NCBI GenBank assembly: GCA_012521375.1
Contig: JAAYMO010000109.1
Coordinates: forward strand, 1,291-65,290
Direction: 5' to 3'
Length of the DNA: 64,000 nt
DNA from: Clostridiales bacterium
GTDB lineage: Bacteria; Bacillota; Clostridia; Lutisporales; Lutisporaceae
The position numbers and the translations under genes were made by a program. A model generated the notes under the pieces. It was not told the DNA's origin. It saw only the letters and a program-made list of their open reading frames with translations, and made no database searches. This document shows positions 29,104 to 38,270 of this stretch, in pieces. Within the stretch, counting starts at the first letter, position 1. Each line of letters opens with the position of its first letter.

Positions 29104-32100
29104 TTACATTTTTTCCATTATCATTCTTATGATCTTAGAAGCTTCAGCCCTGGTAGATTGACCTTGAGGATCAAAACTACCATCAGGCTTGCCATTTATA
29201 ATTCCTGACAGTTGAACAGCTTTTACTGCATCTTTAGCCCATTCACTGATGCTGGAAGCATCTGTGAATACTATTTCTTCAGCAACTGTTCCTAGTTCTA
29301 TTCCCATAGCTTTTGCAAAATTGTATATAGTCACAGCCATTTCTTCTCTAGTTATTACATCATTTGGACGGAAATTGTCATTTTCAACACCTGCAGGAAT
29401 ATTTTTTGCACCAGCCCAATTTACATAATCTGTATACCATTGGCCGTCTTCTATGTCTTTGAATATTCCAGTGGAAGCTGAACCCAAATCTATATCCTTG
29501 AGAGTGCTTACCAGGAACTTGATAAATTCTGCCCTTGTAAGTGTATTATTGGGGCTGAATTTATTGTCTCCTGTACCTTCTGTTATACCTTTGGAATATA
29601 AGTATTCTATATGTTCTTGTGCCCAGTGACCAACTATGTCGATGAAAGAAGCATCAGACGCAGCTGTTACATTGCCATCAACAACGACCTTAACCACATT
29701 TTTCAAGCAAGCTCCTTGATTCATGTGAGTGATCATTCTTATAGGACCGCCTTCGTTTCCACTGGTATAACCATCACTGGATGTATCAGGAACCAATGGG
29801 TTTCCGTCTCCTGCATAGGCTAGAATTATTATCTTTCTTTCCAGTCCATCAGCTATTCCTTTTTCTAGAGCTTCTTTACCGAATACGGATAGAACATCTC
29901 TTGAGAAGCCATCCGAAGCTATAACTTTTACAGATGTAAGTTCTGCGCCTTTCTTCAATCCTGCTTTCTGGGAGATAAGCTTCCATAGGTCAAGACCTTC
30001 ATGTTGATGTTCACCTATATAGGTATAGCTATCTCTGATTATTATATCGTCCATAGCTTCTAATTCACGCAGACTGAATTTCACTGGTTTTTCCAGTGCA
30101 GTTCCTTCTAATTCAAGGAAATAAGTGTCCAAGTATTGGCTATAGGTTGGACTCATATCGTGTTTCCAACTGGTTGTAGCACCTGCATTTACGGTTATTT
30201 TTACTACATTTTTTAATATGCTTTGGGAGTTCATATCATCTGCAGATTTTTGTCCAACAACTAGGTATAATGGACCACCTGAGTTGTTGTATGCAGGGTC
30301 ATATCCTTTGGAATCCTTATCCAATACCAATGGTTTACCGTCATCTATATTGGCATTGTCTACGCTGCTGGAACCATAGGCCAATATCATCTTCAAGTCA
30401 GCTGCTTTTGTTGCTCCGTTAATATAATCTGATTTCATCACATCGGATAATGAGAAAGTTAGAGTTTTGCCGTCTGCTGCGGTTACCACTATTTCGCTTG
30501 CATTGGATTGAAGGCCTACATCTTCAGATTTTAAGAAGCTGTATAAATCTATACCTCTATATCTGATTTGGTCTTCTGATGCAGCTTTTTTAATGTTATA
30601 GTCACCTGTTACTACAAGGTTTTGTTTGCCTTCTATCTCAGAAACTTTAAAGGTTTTAGGTGTAGTTAGTTTTGCTCCTGGACCTTCAACTATCAAAGTG
30701 CTGTCAGCCAACTCTTTGTAAGGAGCTTCTATATGGGCATATTTATCTGGTTGGAGATTTATCTTAATAGAGGTTACACTACTTAAACTTTTAGCTTCAG
30801 ACATTACTACCATCAATGGGCCGCCATCATTTTTCACATTTACTTTTTCACCGGTACCATCTGTATATGAGCTTATATAACCTGCAGCATTTTTATCAGC
30901 TACCATAGGTGTACCGTTTTTAGCAAATGCTAGCGCAGATTTCTTATTTGCATCAAAAATTTCATCCAGTGAAACTGTCAAGTTTGAGTCAGCGCTATTA
31001 AATGTAACTGTTCCTTTGTTGCCCGGTATTTGAACTTTTTCTTTTAAGAAATAACTTAAGTCTACACCTTCATATAGATCGCTGTATATGTTGTCACCTT
31101 TTTTCACATCGAAGAATGATTTTACCTTAGCTTTTACTTTTTCTGTGTTCCTTACATTCGAACCGTAAATCATATTTTCTATGTTTTCTACAGTGAAGGT
31201 TTCATTCTTTAAAGTACTTCCATCCATGCCTATTACTGTTACGTTTATCTTTTCTGAAGCTAGATCTTTGTAGATCTTATCCGGATTTCCAGAGTGGGTA
31301 CTATAGTTTACATCATTGCCTACTATTATTTTATCAAGGAATTTTGCCTGTTTTGAACCGTTGGCATGATGGTATTCAATTTTTCCAGATATAATTCTTA
31401 ATGGTCCACCGTCATTACCTAAACCGCTCTTGTAGCCATCGAGGGTATTCCTTATCACATAAGGATATCCATTAACTCCATAGGCAACTAACACTGGATA
31501 ACCAATGGACCTCAGATCATCTTCAATCCTGGAAATATATTTGCCGTCATTTTGGTCAGCAGGATTCTTTTCATAATATCCGAATAAATCTGGATCGGAT
31601 ATTTGAGCTATTGTGAATTTATCAAAATCTGTATATCCATCTGTTGCAGTAAAATGAACTAATGTATCAGAATCCGCTCCAATTGCCATTGTTTCAGGAA
31701 TTCCTGCCTTTTTCAACAGTTCCCAAAGCTTTACTCCCTCATATTCATTTACATACCAATATGTGGAGTTTGATAAGCTATATTCAGCCCTATAGCCCAT
31801 ACCATTAGGATCTGGTTTGCCTTCTTTATATTTTACCATGTCTTCTAGTTGCTTTACAGTATAGTTGACTTCTCTTCCCAGCTTATCTCCTGTTATGGTA
31901 ATGATGTACTCAGAGTTTTCAGGAGTATTATAAGGTGCTTTATCATGCTTATAGCCTGGAGTTTCCTTTTCGGCTACATAAACATATGCCATATTGCCGA
32001 ATTTTGTATAGCTAGGATTTGGATCTTGCTTGAATACAGATTTATCGTAAACTAATTTTATGCATCCATCTTCGTTGCCTAAGGTTTTATCTCCGCCTGC

Positions 32101-33651
32101 TTCTCCATCATAGACGAATGGTTTAGCATTAGAGCCATCAAGGTTTGATGTTCCATAAGCCACTATTATGGGTTTGCCTGCAGCTTCTGCTTGTTCAATT
32201 TCTTCCAGAGTAAATTCAGCTATAGTCTGCCTTACCCTGTTTTTTATAAGAACTTTATAAGCTGTATTTGTTAGCTTAATGCCTGTCTCACCTGAAGTCA
32301 TATTTTTTAGCAGGTGCTGAAGTCTTATTCCTTCATATTTAAGAGTGGTTTCTTTACCATCTCTTATGTCCGTATAATCTCCACGGAAAACTCCTGCATC
32401 TTGATTTTCCATCTCTCTTATTGAAAGGGGTATACTAGCCTCAAGACCTGGGCCTTCAAAGGTCAATGTTGCTCCCGTTATAACATCTACATTGTATGGT
32501 TCGTCTCCTGGCAAGCCGCCGTTTGTTATGTGTTTATAAGGGCTTTTTGAAAAATCAGTGCCGGAAACAGGAGTCACTTTTATTTCATTTACCATTTTTA
32601 TTAAAGAACCATTTTGGCTGTAAATTCTAAAGTATCCTACTATTGAAGGATCATCTTTGGCAGTATCATATACCGCCTCTGTATCATTAGCATTAGTTCC
32701 TGTTTCATATACAAGTATGTATTGTTTCGATGAATCTTTGATTTCTCCTATAGTTACAGGGTCATTTTTATAACCGTCGGCAGATATGAATTCTACCTTA
32801 TCATTATCGCTATAACCTGCAAGCAGATCCTTTAGAGGTACACCTACACAGTAATCTGCTGTTGGTCCTGATTTTCTCATGTAGGTCCAGTTGCCTTTTA
32901 CCCTTGGCATCAGGAGAATATCTTCTCTTGTATAGCTTTTGCTTCCTATTTTTAATACATCAGGAAGCTGGTCACCTACGACTATTTTCTGTATTGTCTT
33001 GTTATAAAGAGGATTATTGATTTCGTCTACATGTTGCTGCCCAACCATCAACAGTGGATAATCACTAGCTGAAAGAGCTTCCAGTGAAGATTCTTTTGGT
33101 ATTACATCCGGATTGCCTCTGTCACCTGCTCTTTCAAAGGCAATAATTGTATCAACTGGAATCTTGCCAGTGGAATCGCCACTGCTAAGTCTTGGGAAGT
33201 AATATCTCTCTAAGCCTAAGGATGGAGTGATTAACTTCTTTGAAGTAGTAGAATCTCCTTTATGAGAAGGATCAAAAGTAACTGTATACCCGTCGGATGC
33301 TACAAAGCCGATTTTATACTGGTCATACTTGTCCTTTTTTAAGCCAGATTTATTGAGCAAATCCTCTACCTTAACACCTTTACCCAAATAAATGCTTTTT
33401 GTGGGAGTAGTATTTATGGCAGAAAATAATGCTGTGGTTTGCGGCATTGACTTCAGTTCTTCCAGTGTATAGGACTTTTCATTTGTCAAACCAATGCCTT
33501 GACCTGTCACTACTAAAATAGGTTCTTCTGTATTTGGCTTCCATTCTTCAGCGAAAGCAATGGTTCCCAATGATGAGATTATTAAGGATAAGATAATTAT
33601 AAAAGACAAACTCTTTCTGAATAAAGCTTTCATGTTATAATACCGATTCAT
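29104..33651 (-). CDS. 1515-aa SLH-anchored surface protein with 7 tandem Oxidored_molyb-like domains
   Basis: Signal peptide (AFA|EE); seven repeats of the pattern L.V.G..FTL.EL..M / EGV.L..LL / A.DG[YF] / I.AY..G.P / [ND]GGP.R / KNV.KI.V; three SLH domains (about 29646-29104: FIDIVGHWA..TRAEF, FKDI..QWY..TREEM, FTDA..EWA..TRAEA). Confidence 0.85.
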   Translation of the reverse strand: MNRYYNMKALFRKSLSFIIILSLIISSLGTIAFAEEWKPNTEEPILVVTGQGIGLTNEKSYTLEELKSMPQTTALFSAINTTPTKSIYLGKGVKVEDLLNKSGLKKDKYDQYKIGFVASDGYTVTFDPSHKGDSTTSKKLITPSLGLERYYFPRLSSGDSTGKIPVDTIIAFERAGDRGNPDVIPKESSLEALSASDYPLLMVGQQHVDEINNPLYNKTIQKIVVGDQLPDVLKIGSKSYTREDILLMPRVKGNWTYMRKSGPTADYCVGVPLKDLLAGYSDNDKVEFISADGYKNDPVTIGEIKDSSKQYILVYETGTNANDTEAVYDTAKDDPSIVGYFRIYSQNGSLIKMVNEIKVTPVSGTDFSKSPYKHITNGGLPGDEPYNVDVITGATLTFEGPGLEASIPLSIREMENQDAGVFRGDYTDIRDGKETTLKYEGIRLQHLLKNMTSGETGIKLTNTAYKVLIKNRVRQTIAEFTLEEIEQAEAAGKPIIVAYGTSNLDGSNAKPFVYDGEAGGDKTLGNEDGCIKLVYDKSVFKQDPNPSYTKFGNMAYVYVAEKETPGYKHDKAPYNTPENSEYIITITGDKLGREVNYTVKQLEDMVKYKEGKPDPNGMGYRAEYSLSNSTYWYVNEYEGVKLWELLKKAGIPETMAIGADSDTLVHFTATDGYTDFDKFTIAQISDPDLFGYYEKNPADQNDGKYISRIEDDLRSIGYPVLVAYGVNGYPYVIRNTLDGYKSGLGNDGGPLRIISGKIEYHHANGSKQAKFLDKIIVGNDVNYSTHSGNPDKIYKDLASEKINVTVIGMDGSTLKNETFTVENIENMIYGSNVRNTEKVKAKVKSFFDVKKGDNIYSDLYEGVDLSYFLKEKVQIPGNKGTVTFNSADSNLTVSLDEIFDANKKSALAFAKNGTPMVADKNAAGYISSYTDGTGEKVNVKNDGGPLMVVMSEAKSLSSVTSIKINLQPDKYAHIEAPYKELADSTLIVEGPGAKLTTPKTFKVSEIEGKQNLVVTGDYNIKKAASEDQIRYRGIDLYSFLKSEDVGLQSNASEIVVTAADGKTLTFSLSDVMKSDYINGATKAADLKMILAYGSSSVDNANIDDGKPLVLDKDSKGYDPAYNNSGGPLYLVVGQKSADDMNSQSILKNVVKITVNAGATTSWKHDMSPTYSQYLDTYFLELEGTALEKPVKFSLRELEAMDDIIIRDSYTYIGEHQHEGLDLWKLISQKAGLKKGAELTSVKVIASDGFSRDVLSVFGKEALEKGIADGLERKIIILAYAGDGNPLVPDTSSDGYTSGNEGGPIRMITHMNQGACLKNVVKVVVDGNVTAASDASFIDIVGHWAQEHIEYLYSKGITEGTGDNKFSPNNTLTRAEFIKFLVSTLKDIDLGSASTGIFKDIEDGQWYTDYVNWAGAKNIPAGVENDNFRPNDVITREEMAVTIYNFAKAMGIELGTVAEEIVFTDASSISEWAKDAVKAVQLSGIINGKPDGSFDPQGQSTRAEASKIIRMIMEKM

Positions 33652-33741
33652 AAACCATCCTCCTATTATTTAATTAATATTTTCTACTATTATTAATTAC
33701 TTATATATCAACATCACCTCTCAACGAATTTTCAAGAGAAT

Positions 33742-33773
33742 AAAAAAACTTCTTTTGTGGAAAAGAAGTTTTT
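33742..33773 (-). terminator. Leader terminator of riboswitch no. 2
   Basis: Transcript AAAAACTTCTTTT-CCAC-AAAAGAAGTTTTTTT. Confidence 0.8.
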
Positions 33774-33780
33774 ATACTTT

Positions 33781-33887
33781 GTTACTCCTTTTCACACCGG
33801 AAGGCATTGCAGTTTCCCACAATACCCTATCGTTTTAATCATCATGCAAATAATTACTTGTTTAGATGAATAAAATCGGAGTAGCAT
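33781..33887 (-). ncRNA. Moco/Tuco (Wco) riboswitch no. 2, upstream of the SLH-protein operon
   Basis: Transcript TACTCC-GAT-P2-ACGAT-AGGGTATTGTG-GGAAAC-TGCAATGCCT-TCCGGTGTGAAAA-GGAGTA; antiterminator AAAAGGAGT/ACTTCTTTT possible. Confidence 0.82.
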
Positions 33888-33937
33888 GCCATATTTTATT
33901 GTAAAAACTATCTATTACTAATTATAATGTTAATCAT

Positions 33938-34576
33938 CTAACAATGCAAGTTATGCAGATGTTTTCCTCTGCGCTTTTTAGCTTCATTCTTACTGTTACG
34001 AAGGAAAAGCCCCATTCTCTGTAATTTCATACCAGAGTATTTTTCATAACTTTGTAAAAAGCGTCTTATCATCTCATGTTTTTCTTTTGTAAAAGAAGGG
34101 TTGTTTGTCAGTATAAAAAAGCAAACATTAGCCAGATCAGTCCTAGCATCTCCCCAATTAATTTCTTCAAAGTCCAATCCATATATTTCACCTTTGCTGT
34201 AGATGAAGTTTCTTAAATTTACATCTCCTTTAAGCAATGTATTAGAATTCTTAGATATTTTGTGCAATTGGGAAAACCATAGTGCCAATTTATCAATCCA
34301 TACTCCCGTATCTAATCTTTCTACTAAGTCATTGATCAAATCTCCTTCTATATACTCCATAATCAAACGGTTTTTATCTTTACAGATTATTTTAGGCAAA
34401 TTGATTCCATAATCATAAAGCATTTCTATATTACGATATTCTATATCAAGAAGCTTTTCTTTGTCTGAGGAGAATACCTTCATAATTGCTAACTGATTTT
34501 TTTCTTCTTTATCAATTCTTATCTTATATACCTGATTTCGTTTGCTATAAAGTTTAGCAAGTATTTTTATATTCAC
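33938..34576 (-). CDS. Protein-kinase-like (APH/RIO/Kdo-type) small-molecule phosphotransferase
   Basis: SKRNQVYKI, MKVF, E.RNI, LIMEYIEG, LKGDVNLRNF (His replaced by Lys), GLDFEE; GTG start overlaps the mobB TGA (GTGA). Confidence 0.7.
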   Translation of the reverse strand: MNIKILAKLYSKRNQVYKIRIDKEEKNQLAIMKVFSSDKEKLLDIEYRNIEMLYDYGINLPKIICKDKNRLIMEYIEGDLINDLVERLDTGVWIDKLALWFSQLHKISKNSNTLLKGDVNLRNFIYSKGEIYGLDFEEINWGDARTDLANVCFFILTNNPSFTKEKHEMIRRFLQSYEKYSGMKLQRMGLFLRNSKNEAKKRRGKHLHNLHC

Positions 34577-35076
34577 TTGTCCAACACCCAATCCAATGCT
34601 ACTTTTTCCACCAAATCTGTAAGCCTTTCAATATCGGTAATGGCATTTATTACAGGAAGATGATCATAGCGACATATTTTGTTGCTGATAACGCCGCTTA
34701 ATGCAACTACACCAGTTTTCATATATTTTTTTATATCTTCTACTGATTCAACACAAAGTATTTTGGGAACATCAAAATCTGTAACTCCTTCCAATATCAC
34801 ATAATCCTGTGTATAGAAATTTAAAACCTCCGGCATGGGAAGTCTTCTTTTAAACAATATGTCCGTTTCATAAATCCCTCTGGCGGATACCAGTTCTGCT
34901 CCTGCTTTCCAATGTCTGTATGTATTAGTGCCTTCCGTATCAATGGCAAATTTTTCATAATGGATTTCTTTAACTGTGCCTACAGAATAACTTCTACGAT
35001 TTAATTCTTTTATGAGGCATTCTACTGTTGTGGTTTTGCCAGAACCTGAATATCCATAAATTGATATGACTTTCAT
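34573..35076 (-). CDS. mobB: Molybdopterin-guanine dinucleotide biosynthesis protein B
   Basis: VISIYGYSGSGKTT, VGTVKEIH, DTEGTNTYRHWKAGA, ILEG. Confidence 0.88.
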   Translation of the reverse strand: MKVISIYGYSGSGKTTTVECLIKELNRRSYSVGTVKEIHYEKFAIDTEGTNTYRHWKAGAELVSARGIYETDILFKRRLPMPEVLNFYTQDYVILEGVTDFDVPKILCVESVEDIKKYMKTGVVALSGVISNKICRYDHLPVINAITDIERLTDLVEKVALDWVLDK

Positions 35077-35128
35077 ATACTCGCCTCCTTTGAATTCAGG
35101 GAATTGTATTTAGAGCTTAAATCAACTT

Positions 35129-35854
35129 TTACCAAGATGTTGAAACAATGGCAATTAAAAATATCAATGTAACCACTATAATAGCATAATCTCCTTTTTT
35201 CATATTTAATTTGCGGTAATAGGTTCTAGTAGAATAGGCTCTAAAACCTCTGCATTCCATGGATAAAGATATAAATCTGGCTCTTCTCAATGCTTTTATC
35301 ACAGAAGGGGTCAATATATATGTATATAGGGAAATCTTTTTACCTAGGGGTATTCTTTTTAAGTCAGCCCCTGCCAGTTGGACTGCTATTATGGAGTCAA
35401 TAAACTCTTCTTTAATGAGAGGCAGAAATTTAATTGCAAGAAGAACCATAAATCCAATTTCTTGAGGCATCTTCATGGCTGCAAGTCCATATACCATATC
35501 CATAGGAGATGTGATTAGAATTATCAAAGCTGAATAAATTATTATAGACATTCTCAAGATTATTGATATGCCTGTTTCCAAGCCTTTAGTAGTTAAAATT
35601 TCTATGCCACCGAGAGCCAACAAAGGTTCCCCGCCATGAGTAAAGATGCTTTGAACTAAAGCCAGCACGATAAATACATACCATAATCTTTTAAGTCTCA
35701 TCGTAGCTTTTTTTAAAGATATAGATAATAACATGCATATTGCCAACGTAAGGGTCAATAGCAGTAATAGCGACTTTATCTCTTTCAATATTATTGCTGC
35801 AGATGAGATAAAAAACACAATTACGATTCGAGTCCTGGGATCTAAGTCGATCAT
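35129..35854 (-). CDS. ECF transporter transmembrane T component
   Basis: LDPRT, KFLPLIKEE, SMECRGF; CbiQ/EcfT architecture. Confidence 0.88.
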   Translation of the reverse strand: MIDLDPRTRIVIVFFISSAAIILKEIKSLLLLLTLTLAICMLLSISLKKATMRLKRLWYVFIVLALVQSIFTHGGEPLLALGGIEILTTKGLETGISIILRMSIIIYSALIILITSPMDMVYGLAAMKMPQEIGFMVLLAIKFLPLIKEEFIDSIIAVQLAGADLKRIPLGKKISLYTYILTPSVIKALRRARFISLSMECRGFRAYSTRTYYRKLNMKKGDYAIIVVTLIFLIAIVSTSW

Positions 35855-36510
35855 ATGACTTCAACTCCTTTTGAACTTAAAATAAGGAGTTTGTCAACAT
35901 ATTTTTCAAGAAAATTTGGCTCATGGCTTATTATCATAAAACCTTTTTTTTCACTTTTCAATGTCAGAAGACATTTTTCCAATTGCTTTTTCCGTAGTAT
36001 ATCAAGACCGATGGTAGGTTCATCCATTATCAAATAATCCACATTTCTTGATAATACTGAAGCCAATGCCAGCCTTTGTTTTTCTCCCCGGCTCAGCTTC
36101 ATAGGAGAATCATTTTTATACTTTTCCAATTCAAATAGATCAAGATAATAATTTATTCTATCCTCCATATCTTGATTATCGATTTCGTTTCCATATATAA
36201 AGCTAAAGCTCATCTGCTCCCAAACTGTAGGACAGAATAATTGTTTTTCAGGGTTTTGGAACACATATCCAATCTTACACCCTATTTGGGATAAAGGTAT
36301 GTCTCTAACATTTTGGCCTTCAAGAAGGATTGTTCCTTTCTGAGGTTTTAATATTCCTAACATCAGCTTAATCAAAGTAGTTTTACCGCAACCATTTTCT
36401 CCTATTAATCCTATATGTTGATTTTTCTCTATTACAAAACTAATATTTTTTAATAAGCTAGTATTCTTGTTGTAGGAAAAAGCCAGAGAGTCTATTATAT
36501 AAAAGCTCAT
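35851..36510 (-). CDS. ECF transporter ATPase (A')
   Basis: GENGCGKTT, VFQNPEKQLF, LSRGEKQR, MDEPT; start re-assigned to ATG 36510 by RBS GAGGT. Confidence 0.88.
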   Translation of the reverse strand: MSFYIIDSLAFSYNKNTSLLKNISFVIEKNQHIGLIGENGCGKTTLIKLMLGILKPQKGTILLEGQNVRDIPLSQIGCKIGYVFQNPEKQLFCPTVWEQMSFSFIYGNEIDNQDMEDRINYYLDLFELEKYKNDSPMKLSRGEKQRLALASVLSRNVDYLIMDEPTIGLDILRKKQLEKCLLTLKSEKKGFMIISHEPNFLEKYVDKLLILSSKGVEVI

Positions 36511-37201
36511 TGTTGTCATCAACCTCAATTCTATCTTCAATGTTCCCATTTTTCATAAGCAAAATACTGTTTGCTACCATCAAATTTTTGATGCTATGGT
36601 CTATGATAATAATTGTTTTTCCAGCTTTATTGAGGGATTTTATTACACTTATTATTAATTTTTTATTTTTCCTATCCAATTCAGATAGCACTTCATCCAG
36701 TATTATTATTTCAGGATCCAGGCTTAGAATCGATGCCAATGCTACTAGATGTTTTTGGCCTCCAGAAAGTTGAGAAGGGTTTTTGTATCTTAAAGATTCA
36801 ATGCCTAACATGTCAATAACTTTTTCAACCCTTTTTTCAATCTCTTCATAAGGAAGGCATAGATTTTCCGGAGCAAAGGCTATTTCAGCTTCAACGGTAG
36901 GGAGAAACAGCTGATTGTCCACATCTTGAAACACCATGCCTACTTTCTGGGCTAAATTGGGAAGATTTAAATTTTTTATATCCTCTCCTTCTATAATGAT
37001 ACTTCCATCTATTATGCCCGGCATGCTTTTTGGTATAGCTCCGCATAAGCAGAAGGCTAATGTGGTTTTGCCGCAGCCGCTTAAGCCTGCAATGGAGGTT
37101 ATGGTTCCTTTTTCAATTTTAAAACTGATGGAGTTGAGAATAAGAGGGCTATTTGCTGTATATTTGAAAGATAAATCTTTTACTTCAATTATAGGTTTCA
37201 T
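36458..37201 (-). CDS. ECF transporter ATPase (A)
   Basis: GLSGCGKTT, VFQDVDNQLF, LSGGQK, LDE. Confidence 0.88.
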   Translation of the reverse strand: MKPIIEVKDLSFKYTANSPLILNSISFKIEKGTITSIAGLSGCGKTTLAFCLCGAIPKSMPGIIDGSIIIEGEDIKNLNLPNLAQKVGMVFQDVDNQLFLPTVEAEIAFAPENLCLPYEEIEKRVEKVIDMLGIESLRYKNPSQLSGGQKHLVALASILSLDPEIIILDEVLSELDRKNKKLIISVIKSLNKAGKTIIIIDHSIKNLMVANSILLMKNGNIEDRIEVDDNNELLYNRLSGFFLQQEY

Positions 37202-37710
37202 TCTATTGTTACCTCAAATACATATTTGCACCATCGCTGGCTGAAAGAATCTTTAACTATTATAAGCTGAAAGGGACCACTACCTCCTTTTTTCAAAGTG
37301 CCTAAAGGTTTACCGTCTTTTTCAAATGCCAAATAAACATGATCCGATAAGGCTTCATCTACAGACATAGCTATGACATATCCGTCTAAACCTTTTACCA
37401 GTACCTTTGAAGCAGATTTCAATGCTGAATCATCTATGTCTGCTTTATTCAATAGATCTTTTAATAAGACGCCTCTATATTTTCTCGATTTAGGGCCGGA
37501 GGTAGAGGTATCTTCGGTGGCTTTAAATTGATGATTTTCTAAGGCAGTGATTTCTTCAAAGTTGAGGCTTGCAGTTTCATCACTCCAAACAAAGGTTATG
37601 GTGCCATCTTCCATACTCGGGTTGTTCATGGTTTTCATATTCGCATATGCCAGTGTAAGCGTTGCTATGGCTAATATGGCTATTATCAATACCAATTTAT
37701 TATTTATCAT
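37198..37710 (-). CDS. Membrane-anchored single Oxidored_molyb-like domain protein within the ECF operon
   Basis: N-terminal TM; LNFEEITAL...YRGVLLKDLL...GLDGY...YLAFEKDGKPL...GPFQLII...RWCKYVFEVTIE. Confidence 0.75.
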   Translation of the reverse strand: MINNKLVLIIAILAIATLTLAYANMKTMNNPSMEDGTITFVWSDETASLNFEEITALENHQFKATEDTSTSGPKSRKYRGVLLKDLLNKADIDDSALKSASKVLVKGLDGYVIAMSVDEALSDHVYLAFEKDGKPLGTLKKGGSGPFQLIIVKDSFSQRWCKYVFEVTIE

Positions 37711-38251
37711 ATATATCACCTTGTTTTCTTATAGTTTTAACAATATTGTAAGCTATGAGGCCTCCCAGTCCCCCTGATAATGATGCTGCACTTAGAGAAA
37801 GGAGCAAGGGAATTAGCGGCAAGCGAAAGAATACCATATTTGACAACATAGTACCGGATATATTGGCCAGCAGGCCTAATATAAAGAAGCCTGCCGGGGT
37901 TATGAACTTGTTTCCCAACAATTTGGCTCCTATATCTATCAAAATACCTGGCACTGTATATGTTATGATGCTTATAGCACCATGGTTTCCATAGGCCCCT
38001 GTGATTATTACCAATAAAGCTTGAGTTATGCCAATTAAGCTTCCAGTACCAATTTTTTTAGTGAGGCCTAATCCTAAGACTAACCATAGCATATAAAAGC
38101 CACCTGCAGCAGCACCCCCTGGGATGTAAAGAGGACCTGTTATTATATGAACTAAAGGTACAATAATCGGTTTTATGGCTATACCTAAAGCGGCGGTCAA
38201 GGATATGACTACCAATTCAAACATAGAGAATTTATTCAAAAATTTGCTCAT
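37700..38251 (-). CDS. ECF transporter substrate-binding S component (substrate unknown)
   Basis: 183 aa, about 6 TMs, N-terminal A-x-x-x-A-type helix (SLTAALGIA), Gly-rich KKIGTGSLIG; directly upstream of ECF A, A' and T genes. Confidence 0.8.
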   Translation of the reverse strand: MSKFLNKFSMFELVVISLTAALGIAIKPIIVPLVHIITGPLYIPGGAAAGGFYMLWLVLGLGLTKKIGTGSLIGITQALLVIITGAYGNHGAISIITYTVPGILIDIGAKLLGNKFITPAGFFILGLLANISGTMLSNMVFFRLPLIPLLLSLSAASLSGGLGGLIAYNIVKTIRKQGDIYDK

Positions 38252-38270
38252 ATTACACCTGCTTTTTATA

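Noticed and set aside
29104-33651. Catalytic sulfite oxidase/MsrP-type enzyme
   Set aside because: The Mo-ligating Cys is absent from the repeats and there is no Tat signal or heme partner; kept only as a fold assignment.
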